Part shown: positions 8,257 through 16,993 of the stretch, in pieces
Numbering within the stretch: the stretch's first letter is position 1
Layout: every line of letters begins with the position of its first letter
DNA from: Nonlabens ponticola
Lineage (GTDB): Bacteria; Bacteroidota; Bacteroidia; Flavobacteriales; Flavobacteriaceae
DNA: 32,000 nt
NCBI RefSeq assembly: GCF_003966335.1
Contig: NZ_CP034549.1
Location: 1,620,001 to 1,652,000 of the forward strand
Direction: 5' to 3'
Made by a program: the position numbers and the translations under genes
Notes under the pieces: generated by a model
Database searches by the model: none
Told to the model about the DNA's origin: nothing
The model's input: the letters and a program-made list of their open reading frames with translations, nothing else

Positions 8257-11094
8257 TTACAAGTATTCTTCCATAGGTGCGCAAGTGCACATCAAGTTCC
8301 TGTCGCCATACGCATCATCTGCGCGGCGCACGGTAGGCCAGAATTTATTGTCTGCCACCCATTCTAGAGGATACGCAGCTTTCTCTCTTGTGTAAGGTAA
8401 ATTCCAATCGTCTGCTGTGAGCATCTGCATGGTATGCGGTGCATTTTTCAATACGTTATTCGGCTCATCTTTATCTGCCGCCTCGATTTCCTTTCTTATA
8501 GCAATCATGGCATCACAAAAACGGTCAATCTCGGCCTTGCTTTCAGATTCCGTAGGTTCAATCATCATAGTGCCGTTTACAGGAAAGGACACTGTTGGTG
8601 CGTGAAAGCCGTAATCCATAAGACGTTTGGCGATATCAACAACCTCAATACCTTTTTCTTTAAATGGACGACAATCAATGATCATCTCATGAGCAGCACG
8701 ACCTTGTTCACCAACGTACAAACAGTCATAGCTTCCATCCAGACGTTCCTTAATATAATTTGCATTTACAATGGCATACTCCGTTGATCTCTTCAAACCA
8801 GCGGCACCCAACATGCAGATGTACCCATATGAAATCACACAGGCAAGCGCGCTACCAAATGGCGCAGCACTAATAGGTGTAATCGCTTGATCGCCACCAG
8901 TAGGAATAATCGGGTTGGTAGGCAAGAAAGGAACCAACTGTTCTGCTACACAAATAGGGCCTACACCAGGACCACCACCACCGTGAGGTATGGCAAAAGT
9001 CTTATGCAGATTCAGGTGACAAACGTCTGCGCCTATATTTCCTGGATTGGTAAGACCAACTTGTGCATTCATATTAGCACCATCCATGTAAACCTGACCA
9101 CCATTCTCATGAATGATGCCCGTAATTTCTTTAATCGCACTTTCATAAACGCCATGTGTCGATGGGTAGGTCACCATTAACGCTGCAAGATTGTCCTTAT
9201 GCTCCAGTGCTTTGGCTCTCAAATCGTCTACGTCAATGTTCCCGTTTTCAAGCGCTTTGGTGACCACAACTTTCATCCCAGCCATCACCGCACTCGCTGG
9301 ATTGGTTCCATGTGCGCTGGATGGTATCAAACAAATATTTCTATGATCATCACCTCTTGATAAATGGTAGGCGCGTATCGCCATAAGTCCTGCAAACTCA
9401 CCTTGGGCGCCAGAATTAGGTTGTAATGAGGTTCCTGCAAATCCAGTTGCTTCATTGAGCTGTTCCTCCAGTTTTTTAAGCATGGTTTGATAACCTTGAG
9501 CTTGATCCAGCGGCACAAATGGGTGAATATTTCCCCATTGTGGATCTGACAACGGCAGCATTTCTGACGCCGCATTCAGCTTCATGGTACATGACCCCAA
9601 GGCAATCATTGAGTGGTTGAGTGCGAGATCTTTGCGTTCTAATTTCTTGATGTAGCGCATCAATTCGGTCTCACTGTGGTAGGAATTGAACACCTCATAG
9701 GTCATGAATTCTGTCTGGCGGCCTATTCCCAGGTGCTCAGTTTCCAGCAATTCTGTAATGGGTGTAAATTCTTTTTGTAACGCTTTCGCGAAAGCGGAAA
9801 CAATATCATTCAAATCTGCAAGTGACGTAGTCTCGTTGATAGAAATCTGAATCGTATCTGCATCAGGATAGTAAAAGTTCAATTCTTTTTCTAATGCTAT
9901 CTCACGGACTGGTAGCGTCGCAGTCTTAAAACATAAAGTATCAAAAAAGTTCTCATTAGTCTGATAAACGCCTAGTTTCTCAATAGCATCGGCTAGGGTA
10001 GCGGCGTGTTGGTGAACTTTTGTTGCAATGTATTTCAAACCACGTGGCCCATGGTAGACACCGTACATACCAGCCATAACCGCAAGTAAAACCTGTGCGG
10101 TACAAATATTAGAAGTTGCTTTATCTCTTTTAATGTGTTGCTCGCGCGTTTGTAGCGCCATACGCAAGGCACGCTTACCATCGGTATCTTTGGTCACACC
10201 AATGATACGTCCTGGAATTTGTCGTTTATATGCTTCACGAGTTGCAAAATATGCCGCATGCGGACCGCCATAACCCAATGGTATTCCGAATCTTTGTGTT
10301 GTTCCCACGACAACATCGGCACCCCAATTTCCAGGTGCTTCCAGTAGAACTAGGGACAGGATATCTGCCGCTACTGCTATCTTGATGTTTTTTTGAGAGC
10401 ACGTTTTCGCGAAAGCGGTATAATCCACTACATTACCACTCGCACCAGGATATTGCAGTAAAATGGCATAGTAGCTATCGTCCAGATCCATTTCTAGTGG
10501 ATTTCCCTCGACAAGTTCTATTCCCAGCGGTATGGCACGCGTTTTAAGAAGCTCTTTGGTCTGTGGCAGGCAGTCCTGATCGACAAAAAACTTAGAGTAG
10601 TTATTCTTCTTTTGATCACGCTCACGAACGGAAAAGAGTAGCGTCATCGCCTCGGCAGCGGCTGTGGACTCATCTAGCAATGAGGCATTTGCTAGCTCCA
10701 TACCTGTAAGATCAGTAATCATTGTCTGGTAATTGAGCAGCGCTTCTAGTCTTCCTTGAGCAATTTCTGCCTGATATGGAGTGTAGGCCGTGTACCATCC
10801 TGGATTTTCAAGAATATTGCGCTGGATCACGGCTGGCGTGATGGCAGCATTATATCCCAAACCTATGTAGGATTTAAATTGCTTGTTCTGGTTGCCCAAA
10901 GCAGTTATATGCTGTGCAAACTCATATTCACTCATCGCTGGATCGAGATCCAGATCCTTTGAAAGTCTGATGCCGGCCGGCACCGTTTGACCAACCAATT
11001 CATCGATGCTGTCAACACCTATAGTGTCTAACATTTCTTTAAGGTCTGACTTGCGAGGACCTATATGTCTAAGGGCAAAACGATCTGTATTCAT
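8257..11094 (-). CDS. gcvP: glycine dehydrogenase (decarboxylating), single-chain P protein
   Basis: About 945 aa. The PLP-lysine context is HLNLHKTFAIPHGGGGPG. The N-terminus MNTDRFALRHIGP is typical, so I prefer ATG at 11094 over the ORF-track TTG at 11127. Confidence 0.95.
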   Translation of the reverse strand: MNTDRFALRHIGPRKSDLKEMLDTIGVDSIDELVGQTVPAGIRLSKDLDLDPAMSEYEFAQHITALGNQNKQFKSYIGLGYNAAITPAVIQRNILENPGWYTAYTPYQAEIAQGRLEALLNYQTMITDLTGMELANASLLDESTAAAEAMTLLFSVRERDQKKNNYSKFFVDQDCLPQTKELLKTRAIPLGIELVEGNPLEMDLDDSYYAILLQYPGASGNVVDYTAFAKTCSQKNIKIAVAADILSLVLLEAPGNWGADVVVGTTQRFGIPLGYGGPHAAYFATREAYKRQIPGRIIGVTKDTDGKRALRMALQTREQHIKRDKATSNICTAQVLLAVMAGMYGVYHGPRGLKYIATKVHQHAATLADAIEKLGVYQTNENFFDTLCFKTATLPVREIALEKELNFYYPDADTIQISINETTSLADLNDIVSAFAKALQKEFTPITELLETEHLGIGRQTEFMTYEVFNSYHSETELMRYIKKLERKDLALNHSMIALGSCTMKLNAASEMLPLSDPQWGNIHPFVPLDQAQGYQTMLKKLEEQLNEATGFAGTSLQPNSGAQGEFAGLMAIRAYHLSRGDDHRNICLIPSSAHGTNPASAVMAGMKVVVTKALENGNIDVDDLRAKALEHKDNLAALMVTYPSTHGVYESAIKEITGIIHENGGQVYMDGANMNAQVGLTNPGNIGADVCHLNLHKTFAIPHGGGGPGVGPICVAEQLVPFLPTNPIIPTGGDQAITPISAAPFGSALACVISYGYICMLGAAGLKRSTEYAIVNANYIKERLDGSYDCLYVGEQGRAAHEMIIDCRPFKEKGIEVVDIAKRLMDYGFHAPTVSFPVNGTMMIEPTESESKAEIDRFCDAMIAIRKEIEAADKDEPNNVLKNAPHTMQMLTADDWNLPYTREKAAYPLEWVADNKFWPTVRRADDAYGDRNLMCTCAPMEEYL
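9781..9796. repeat. palindrome CGCTTTCGCGAAAGCG inside gcvP coding sequence (encodes S-AFAKA-L)
   Basis: Read directly. The reverse strand reads tcc gct ttc gcg aaa gcg tta, which matches the ORF translation VSAFAKAL. Confidence 0.9.
10402..10417. repeat. one-mismatch copy of the palindrome (CGTTTTCGCGAAAGCG) inside gcvP (encodes T-AFAK-T)
   Basis: Read directly. It matches the ORF translation YTAFAKTC. Confidence 0.8.
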
Positions 11095-11232
11095 AGTACT
11101 TATATGGGCTATTAATAGATGATGCAAAAGTAGTCGATATTGCTGTGGTAACTAACAGTTGAAGCGGTTGTGAGAGCATCATTTTTCAACGATTTATCGT
11201 GAGTTGTTAACCGCTGCGATTACATTTGTTTT

Positions 11233-12048
11233 ATGAACTTATCAAGGCGCTTGATTAAATTTTATGTGGACAGTAGTTTGCATGTTGCGCTTGGGCTCAC
11301 ATCGCTTACCATCGTTAGCTTTTTGAAGTTTAATTTGCCGATCGAATTGAAGACTATAGCGTTGGTATTTTTTAGCACAGTCTCAGGGTACAACTTGATC
11401 AAGTATAGTCACCAATGGCGCACAGATTTGAACCACCATTTGGCTATATTATGTTTGAGTACCGTTTTTGCCCTATTTAGTATGGTGCTATTGTCGTTTC
11501 ATAATTGGTTGACAATTGCAATAATTGCTAGTGTTACATTTATCAGTGTTTGGTATGTCTTACCAAAACAATATGGCTTGAGCCTGCGTAGAATGCCCAT
11601 AATGAAATTGATTGCCGTAGGTATAACGTGGGCATTGATGAGTATAGCGCTGCCAATTGCGGAAAGTGAGCTACTCTTCTTTTTTCTTAGAGTGCCTAGT
11701 TTTTTAACAATTTTATTTACACAGACAGTGCTGCTAGTAATGGTGTGGTGCTTGCCATTTGAAATAAGAGATCTTAAAGTTGATGACCCTAACTTAAAAA
11801 CGTTGCCGCAACTTATCGGAGTTCCTTTAACAAAGGTTGTGGGCTACATATTATTGATCGCTTGTGGATTACTTGGGATTTTAGTCGACAATTATGACAA
11901 TGGATGGAACGAGACTGATATATTAATTTATCTCTTAACAGCCCTGTTACTTTACTTTTCAACTCAAAGCAGGTCAGATTATTATGCCTCGCTTGTTGTG
12001 GAATCCATACCTGTCTTATGGATGATTTTGCTAATTATCGCTGATTAG
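11233..12048 (+). CDS. polytopic inner-membrane protein (possibly UbiA-like prenyltransferase fold)
   Basis: 271 aa with about 8 hydrophobic helices. An Asp-rich loop (FEIRDLKVDD) is reminiscent of the second UbiA motif, but I see no clear first motif, so the function is uncertain. Confidence 0.55.
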   Translation: MNLSRRLIKFYVDSSLHVALGLTSLTIVSFLKFNLPIELKTIALVFFSTVSGYNLIKYSHQWRTDLNHHLAILCLSTVFALFSMVLLSFHNWLTIAIIASVTFISVWYVLPKQYGLSLRRMPIMKLIAVGITWALMSIALPIAESELLFFFLRVPSFLTILFTQTVLLVMVWCLPFEIRDLKVDDPNLKTLPQLIGVPLTKVVGYILLIACGLLGILVDNYDNGWNETDILIYLLTALLLYFSTQSRSDYYASLVVESIPVLWMILLIIAD

Positions 12049-12293
12049 CGGCTCATGTGCTTTTCTAGCAATTTCTTGATACGCAGTTTTTCCTTATCGG
12101 TTAATCTTACCCATTTGAGTTTATTGAGATTGCGCGAGAATGTAGCATTATTGGTATGAAAGGATCTACAACCTGGGCAATGCGTTTTATGAAGTTTGAG
12201 CCTGAATTTCTCCTTTGGGTTCAAGTCCCGATATTGATCGCGAGTGCTTAAAACCTGTGCGTCGTCGCACTTGATAAATATTCTTCCTGCCAT
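12045..12293 (-). CDS. small soluble zinc-binding anti-sigma factor (ZAS, HxxxCxxC)
   Basis: 82 aa with no TM segment. It contains Cys9 plus H35-x3-C39-x2-C42. Its ATG overlaps the sigma-factor stop (TAATG). Confidence 0.6.
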   Translation of the reverse strand: MAGRIFIKCDDAQVLSTRDQYRDLNPKEKFRLKLHKTHCPGCRSFHTNNATFSRNLNKLKWVRLTDKEKLRIKKLLEKHMSR

Positions 12294-12859
12294 TACTCGT
12301 TCTCGTTAAACCATTTATCTTTTAAGCATTCCATCAGCTGCACTCTAGCGCGGTGCAATATTACCCATAAATTTGACGGCGTCACATCATGTTCCTTACA
12401 GATAGTTTCTGTATCAATATTGTCAATAGACTTTTTCACAAAAATGGTAGCGTATCGTTCAGGTAGGTTTTGAATACAAGCGTTGAGTGCATCACCTAGC
12501 TCTTGCTGTTCAATCTCATCCTCGATGGTAGGATTGCGCATATCCTGTACACGTTCTTCCAGCCAGTCGCCCTCTTGATCTGATGTCTCCAGGTAGCTTA
12601 CCCGCACTTCGGCGCGACCTTTTTTTGAATTTTGCTTGCGGTATTGATCAATAATCTTGCGTTTGAGAATTGAGACCAGCCATGTGCGCTCAGTACTATT
12701 TCCCTCAAAACGATGCGCACTTTTAAGTCCTGCGAGAAAAGTTTCTGAAACTATATCCTGCGCCAATGCCGAGTCATTCACTCGAGTAATGGTGTAATTG
12801 AATAGGTAGTCGCCGTAGCGATCTACCCATTTGTTAGGATCTAGTTTTACTTCTGGCAT
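12293..12859 (-). CDS. RNA polymerase ECF-type sigma-70 factor
   Basis: 188 aa. It has region-2-like (DIVSETFLAGL...ERTWLVSILKRKIIDQYRK) and region-4-like (TICKEHDVTPSNLWVILHRARVQL) segments. Confidence 0.9.
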   Translation of the reverse strand: MPEVKLDPNKWVDRYGDYLFNYTITRVNDSALAQDIVSETFLAGLKSAHRFEGNSTERTWLVSILKRKIIDQYRKQNSKKGRAEVRVSYLETSDQEGDWLEERVQDMRNPTIEDEIEQQELGDALNACIQNLPERYATIFVKKSIDNIDTETICKEHDVTPSNLWVILHRARVQLMECLKDKWFNENE

Positions 12860-12883
12860 CGGGTTTTTAAGTTTAGTACTAGA

Positions 12884-14938
12884 TTATGCGACGAGACCAG
12901 CTCTTTTGAGCAGCGCGTCTATTTTGGGTTCGCTTCCGCGGAAGCGAGTATATAACAACATTGGATTTTCAGTTCCACCTTTTGATAGCACATGGTCTTT
13001 AAACCTAGTGGCTACCTCACGGTTGAAAATGCCTTTCTCTTTAAATAATTCAAAAGCGTCAGCATCCAAGACTTCGGCCCATTTGTAAGAATAGTATCCT
13101 GCACTATATCCACCTTGAAAGATATGCGAGAAAGCGGTACTCATGCAACTACTTTCTACATCTGGATATAAATCTGTGTGTTCAAAGGTCTTGCGCTCAT
13201 ATTTCTTTACATTGTCAATTCCTGATGGATCTACACCATGCCAACTCATATCCAGCATACCAAAGGATAGTTGTCGTAATGTTTGCAAGCCCTCATGAAA
13301 GTTGGATGCTTTCTTGATTTTGTCGATATACTTTGCTGGAATGACTTCACCAGTCTCATAATGTTTGGCAAAAAGTTCTAGAGATTCTTTTTCATAGCAC
13401 CAGTTTTCCAATACTTGACTAGGCAACTCTACAAAATCCCAAAATACTGATGTTCCTGACAATCCTTTATAGGTCGTGTTTGCAAGCATACCGTGAAGCG
13501 CATGTCCAAATTCATGAAATAGGGTCGTCACCTCATTGAATGTGAGCAGAGACGGTTTGGTTTGGGTTGGCTTGGTAAAATTACAGACGATAGATACATG
13601 CGGTCTCACGTTTTTATCGCTATCCATGTACTGTTCTTTGAAACTAGTCATCCACGCACCATTTCGCTTCCCTTTACGCGGAAAGAAATCTGCGTAGAAA
13701 ATGCTGTTAAGTGAGCCATCTTCATTGCGTGCCTCATACACCATTACATCCTCGTGATAGGTGTCTATTTCTTTATTCAACTTAAAGCTCAGTCCATACA
13801 ATCGCTGTGCAATTTCAAAGGCGCCATCAATTACATTTTCTAGCTTGAAATAAGGTTTGAGCAATTCATCATCAAGATCAAACCGCTGTTTTTTCATTTT
13901 CTCGACAAAATAAGCACCATCCCATTTTTGTAATTTCTTGATGGATGGCAGTTTATTTTCTTTAAGATATTGATGGGCAAAGCCAGTTAGTTCTTCAAAC
14001 TCTGATTTGGCGGCCGGCTTTGCTTTCTCCAGCAATTCTTGTGAGAACTCATTGACGCGCTCTGGTGACATGGCCATGCGTTCTTCCAGCACAAAATGTG
14101 CATGAGTCTCATATCCTAGTAATTGCGCACGTTCATAACGCAGCTGTACAATTTCCAAAACATTATCCTGATTGCTATGCTCTCCGCTGTAGGCTCTAGC
14201 ACCAAAGGCTTTCGATAATTTCTCACGCAGCTCACGATTGTCTGCATAAGTCATAAAAGGTAGGTAACTAGGATAATCCAATGTAAAAACGTAGCCCGAT
14301 TTCTCGCGGCTTTTTGCCTCATCTGCTGCAGCTTCCAGCGCGGTATCTGGCAAACCAGCGAGTTGATCCTTGTCTTCAATGTGCAATTCAAATTCCTGCG
14401 TTGCGGCAAGAACGTTCTCACCAAATCCTAGCGTCAATTGCGCTAGGCGCACGTCAATCTCGCGTAATCTTGTCTTGCTTTCTTCTGTAAGATTGGCACC
14501 GTTGCGAGCAAATCTCTTGTATTGTTTTTCTAGTAGCGTTGCTTGTTCAGGATCAAGTGTTAACTCGTCGCGCTGATCATAAACGCTTTTGACTCGTTTG
14601 AAAAGCTCCTGATTGAGCGTCACATCGTTCCCAAATTTGGAGAGAATAGGACTCACCTCACGGGCGATGCGTTGGATCTCGTCAGTGGTTTCGGCACTGT
14701 TCAAATTGAAAAATATGGAACTTATACGGCTCAATGTATCACCGCTGCTGTCCAGCGCCTCGATGGTATTTGTGAATGTCGCTGGCTGGGAATTATTGAC
14801 TATGTCGTCTATTTGAGATTGGGCTAGGGATATCGCTTTCGCGAAAGCGGGCTCAAAATGCGCCTCATCGATAGCGGAAAATGGTGCGGTATCAAACGGT
14901 GTCTTAAACGTGGACAGTAATGGATTGCTTTTACTCAT
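12884..14938 (-). CDS. dcp: M3 family metallopeptidase (peptidyl-dipeptidase Dcp / oligopeptidase A-like)
   Basis: About 684 aa. Zinc motif HEFGHALH with a downstream E (FVELPSQ). I prefer ATG at 14938 (MSKSNPLL) over TTG at 14959. Confidence 0.9.
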   Translation of the reverse strand: MSKSNPLLSTFKTPFDTAPFSAIDEAHFEPAFAKAISLAQSQIDDIVNNSQPATFTNTIEALDSSGDTLSRISSIFFNLNSAETTDEIQRIAREVSPILSKFGNDVTLNQELFKRVKSVYDQRDELTLDPEQATLLEKQYKRFARNGANLTEESKTRLREIDVRLAQLTLGFGENVLAATQEFELHIEDKDQLAGLPDTALEAAADEAKSREKSGYVFTLDYPSYLPFMTYADNRELREKLSKAFGARAYSGEHSNQDNVLEIVQLRYERAQLLGYETHAHFVLEERMAMSPERVNEFSQELLEKAKPAAKSEFEELTGFAHQYLKENKLPSIKKLQKWDGAYFVEKMKKQRFDLDDELLKPYFKLENVIDGAFEIAQRLYGLSFKLNKEIDTYHEDVMVYEARNEDGSLNSIFYADFFPRKGKRNGAWMTSFKEQYMDSDKNVRPHVSIVCNFTKPTQTKPSLLTFNEVTTLFHEFGHALHGMLANTTYKGLSGTSVFWDFVELPSQVLENWCYEKESLELFAKHYETGEVIPAKYIDKIKKASNFHEGLQTLRQLSFGMLDMSWHGVDPSGIDNVKKYERKTFEHTDLYPDVESSCMSTAFSHIFQGGYSAGYYSYKWAEVLDADAFELFKEKGIFNREVATRFKDHVLSKGGTENPMLLYTRFRGSEPKIDALLKRAGLVA
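12930..12947. repeat. variant 18-bp perfect palindrome TCGCTTCCGCGGAAGCGA inside dcp (encodes RFRGSE)
   Basis: Read directly. It has the same arm architecture as the main palindrome, with a CCGCGG centre instead of TCGCGA. Confidence 0.6.
14834..14849. repeat. palindrome CGCTTTCGCGAAAGCG inside dcp coding sequence (encodes P-AFAKA-I)
   Basis: Read directly. It matches the ORF translation EPAFAKAISL. Confidence 0.9.
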
Positions 14939-14998
14939 GTAGGTAAAAGTACCATCCAAAAGATGAATGATGTATAGGGATTTGTTAAATACCGTGCG

Positions 14999-15238
14999 TT
15001 ATAAGAAGATGTAACCGTAAGCGAAAAATATCATAGTAGCTGCTATATGTGCGTTGCCTAGCCAATTAATCCTGGCACTTGTGAATTGGCGATTGATAAT
15101 GATGGCAAGTATAAAATGAATTGAGCCAGTGGTGAGAAAATGCCAGCGAACTTGATGGCGTAATGTTAGTTCATAACATAGCCATGCCGCGGTTAATATC
15201 AATGAAATAATAGAAAACCAGCGGTAATTGCTAGCCAT
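14999..15238 (-). CDS. small hypothetical membrane protein
   Basis: About 79 aa from ATG 15238 (MASNYRWFSIISLILTAAWL...), with 2-3 hydrophobic helices. Its ATG overlaps the purE stop (ATGGCTAG). The only support is an open frame plus hydrophobicity. Confidence 0.4.
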   Translation of the reverse strand: MASNYRWFSIISLILTAAWLCYELTLRHQVRWHFLTTGSIHFILAIIINRQFTSARINWLGNAHIAATMIFFAYGYIFL

Positions 15239-15725
15239 TATCACGCAGTTGCTTTGATCCTGCAATCACTTTTTCCTTGAGCGATTGCTTGTAGGCCATA
15301 ATTCTAGATCGCATATCTTCTTGAGTGGCACCAATTATTTGCGCTGCGAGAATACCTGCATTTTTACCACCATCAAGGGCTACCGTTGCCACAGGAACGC
15401 CACCTGGCATTTGTAGGATGGACAGCACGCTATCCCAGCCGTCGATGCTATTGCTAGACTTTACAGGAACACCGATTACAGGTAATGGTGATAAACTCGC
15501 CACCATACCAGGCAAGTGAGCTGCGCCGCCAGCGCCAGCGATAATTACAGCAATGCCACGCTCGTGAGCTGTGGTGCCAAAATCAAACATTTTCTCTGGT
15601 GTGCGATGCGCACTGACCACATCAACCTCGGTCTCGATGTCCAATTCCTTAAGAATATCAATGGCTTGCTGCATGATGGGCAGATCGCTGGTACTACCCA
15701 TGATAATGGCGACTTTTTTATTCAT
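15231..15725 (-). CDS. purE: 5-(carboxyamino)imidazole ribonucleotide mutase
   Basis: Motifs VAIIMGSTSDL and AGGAAHLPGMVAS. I prefer ATG at 15725 (MNKKVAIIMGS) over the longer ORF. Confidence 0.92.
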   Translation of the reverse strand: MNKKVAIIMGSTSDLPIMQQAIDILKELDIETEVDVVSAHRTPEKMFDFGTTAHERGIAVIIAGAGGAAHLPGMVASLSPLPVIGVPVKSSNSIDGWDSVLSILQMPGGVPVATVALDGGKNAGILAAQIIGATQEDMRSRIMAYKQSLKEKVIAGSKQLRDNG

Positions 15726-15844
15726 AGAGTAAAAGTATGAAATATGAAAAGTATAAGCAGGTGTGATCCATAGTTTTGACAGGATTAACATAGCCGCAAC
15801 AGTACATGGTATGGTTGTGGATTAATTTTAGAAAAAATAGAACA

Positions 15845-16372
15845 ATGATCAAGCAATTTATAGCAGCTGCAATCCTGGTAAGTGCCGTTTCCTGTAAGTC
15901 TAACGCACAGGAAGGCAATGAAACTGCCATGGCAGACGACCAGCGAAAAGAATATGAAATCACTAAAACGGAGCAAGAATGGCAAAAGCAACTCACCGCC
16001 GAGGAATTCAATGTACTGCGCGAGGCAGGAACTGAGCGACCGTTCACAAGTCCGCTGAATGATGAGACGAGTCCAGGAACACTGGTTTGTGCAGCTTGCA
16101 AGGCGCCTGTTTATGACAACAAACACAAATTCAAGTCAGGAACTGGATGGCCTAGTTATGACCGCGCCATCGATGGTCAAGTAGAACGTGATGTAGATTA
16201 TAAAATTGGCTATGCTCGTACGGAGCTCAAATGCGCGACTTGTGGTAGTCATTTGGGTCACGAGTTTGACGACGGACCAAGAGATACAACGGGTAAGCGT
16301 CACTGTATAAATGGTGTGGCACTGGATTTTGTGCCAGAAGGACAGGAACTGCCACCATTGAATAGAGATTAA
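15845..16372 (+). CDS. msrB: peptide-methionine (R)-S-oxide reductase MsrB, exported lipoprotein form
   Basis: Zinc CxxC pairs (CAAC, CATC) and the catalytic RHCING. The signal with lipobox (AILVSAVSC) starts at ATG 15845. The resolving-Cys position reads GTGWPS. Confidence 0.85.
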   Translation: MIKQFIAAAILVSAVSCKSNAQEGNETAMADDQRKEYEITKTEQEWQKQLTAEEFNVLREAGTERPFTSPLNDETSPGTLVCAACKAPVYDNKHKFKSGTGWPSYDRAIDGQVERDVDYKIGYARTELKCATCGSHLGHEFDDGPRDTTGKRHCINGVALDFVPEGQELPPLNRD

Positions 16373-16376
16373 TACT

Positions 16377-16396
16377 GGTTACGCTTTCGCGAAAGC
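16377..16396. repeat. palindrome copy GGTTACGCTTTCGCGAAAGC, intergenic between the two msrB genes
   Basis: Read directly. The 14-bp core is at 16383-16396. Confidence 0.9.
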
Positions 16397-16415
16397 AAAC
16401 TATCAAAATAGCATC

Positions 16416-16790
16416 ATGACAGAAGAAGAATTCAAGAGTAAACTCACGCCAGAACAGTATCATATCCTTAGAGAAAAAGGCACTGAGCGACCATTTACAG
16501 GTGAGTATAACACACATTATGAAGATGGCGTGTATAGCTGTGCTGCTTGCGGTAACGAGCTCTACAAATCTGAAGCAAAATTTGACAGTGGTTGCGGCTG
16601 GCCATCCTTTGACGATGAGATTGAAGGTGCTATCGAGCGCAAACGCGATGCCACACACGGCATGATACGCACCGAGATTTTATGTGCCAATTGCGGTAGC
16701 CATTTGGGTCACGTATTCAATGATGGACCTACCAACACAGGCATCAGACACTGTGTAAATAGTTTGAGTCTTGACTTTGAGAAGAAGTAG
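16416..16790 (+). CDS. msrB: peptide-methionine (R)-S-oxide reductase MsrB, cytoplasmic form
   Basis: 124 aa with no signal peptide. It has CAAC and CANC zinc pairs, the resolving Cys in GCGWPSF, and the catalytic RHCVNS. Confidence 0.92.
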   Translation: MTEEEFKSKLTPEQYHILREKGTERPFTGEYNTHYEDGVYSCAACGNELYKSEAKFDSGCGWPSFDDEIEGAIERKRDATHGMIRTEILCANCGSHLGHVFNDGPTNTGIRHCVNSLSLDFEKK

Positions 16791-16993
16791 TTTGAGTAGT
16801 TTAAGTAGTTAGTATGAAGTATTAAGACGGTTTTGTTTTTGATTTTTAGTCACAGTTCGCAGTGTTAAGTTTCGGTTTACAGTTTTCAGTCGCAGATTTC
16901 AGTTCTTAGTTGCTGTTTTTATGATCACTGAAAAAAGACAATTCTATTCAGGCATGGTCAACTATTAATCGATAACTGATAACTAAATACTAT

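Noticed and set aside
8417-10962. Several 62-117-aa ORFs overlapping gcvP on both strands
   Set aside because: They are embedded in the gcvP coding sequence and have no recognisable motifs, so they are shadow ORFs.
11095-11127. N-terminal extensions from upstream TTG/GTG starts in the ORF track (gcvP 11127, dcp 14959, purE 15791, msrB 15806, csgG 27099, small curlin 25418)
   Set aside because: In each case an internal ATG gives the family-typical N-terminus or a proper signal peptide. The extensions add hydrophobic or odd residues with no support.
15718-16658. Minus-strand ORFs of 127, 113 and 143 aa across the msrB pair
   Set aside because: They are antisense to two MsrB genes with complete catalytic and zinc motifs. 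They are Cys/Ser-rich nonsense translations that cross the intergenic palindrome.
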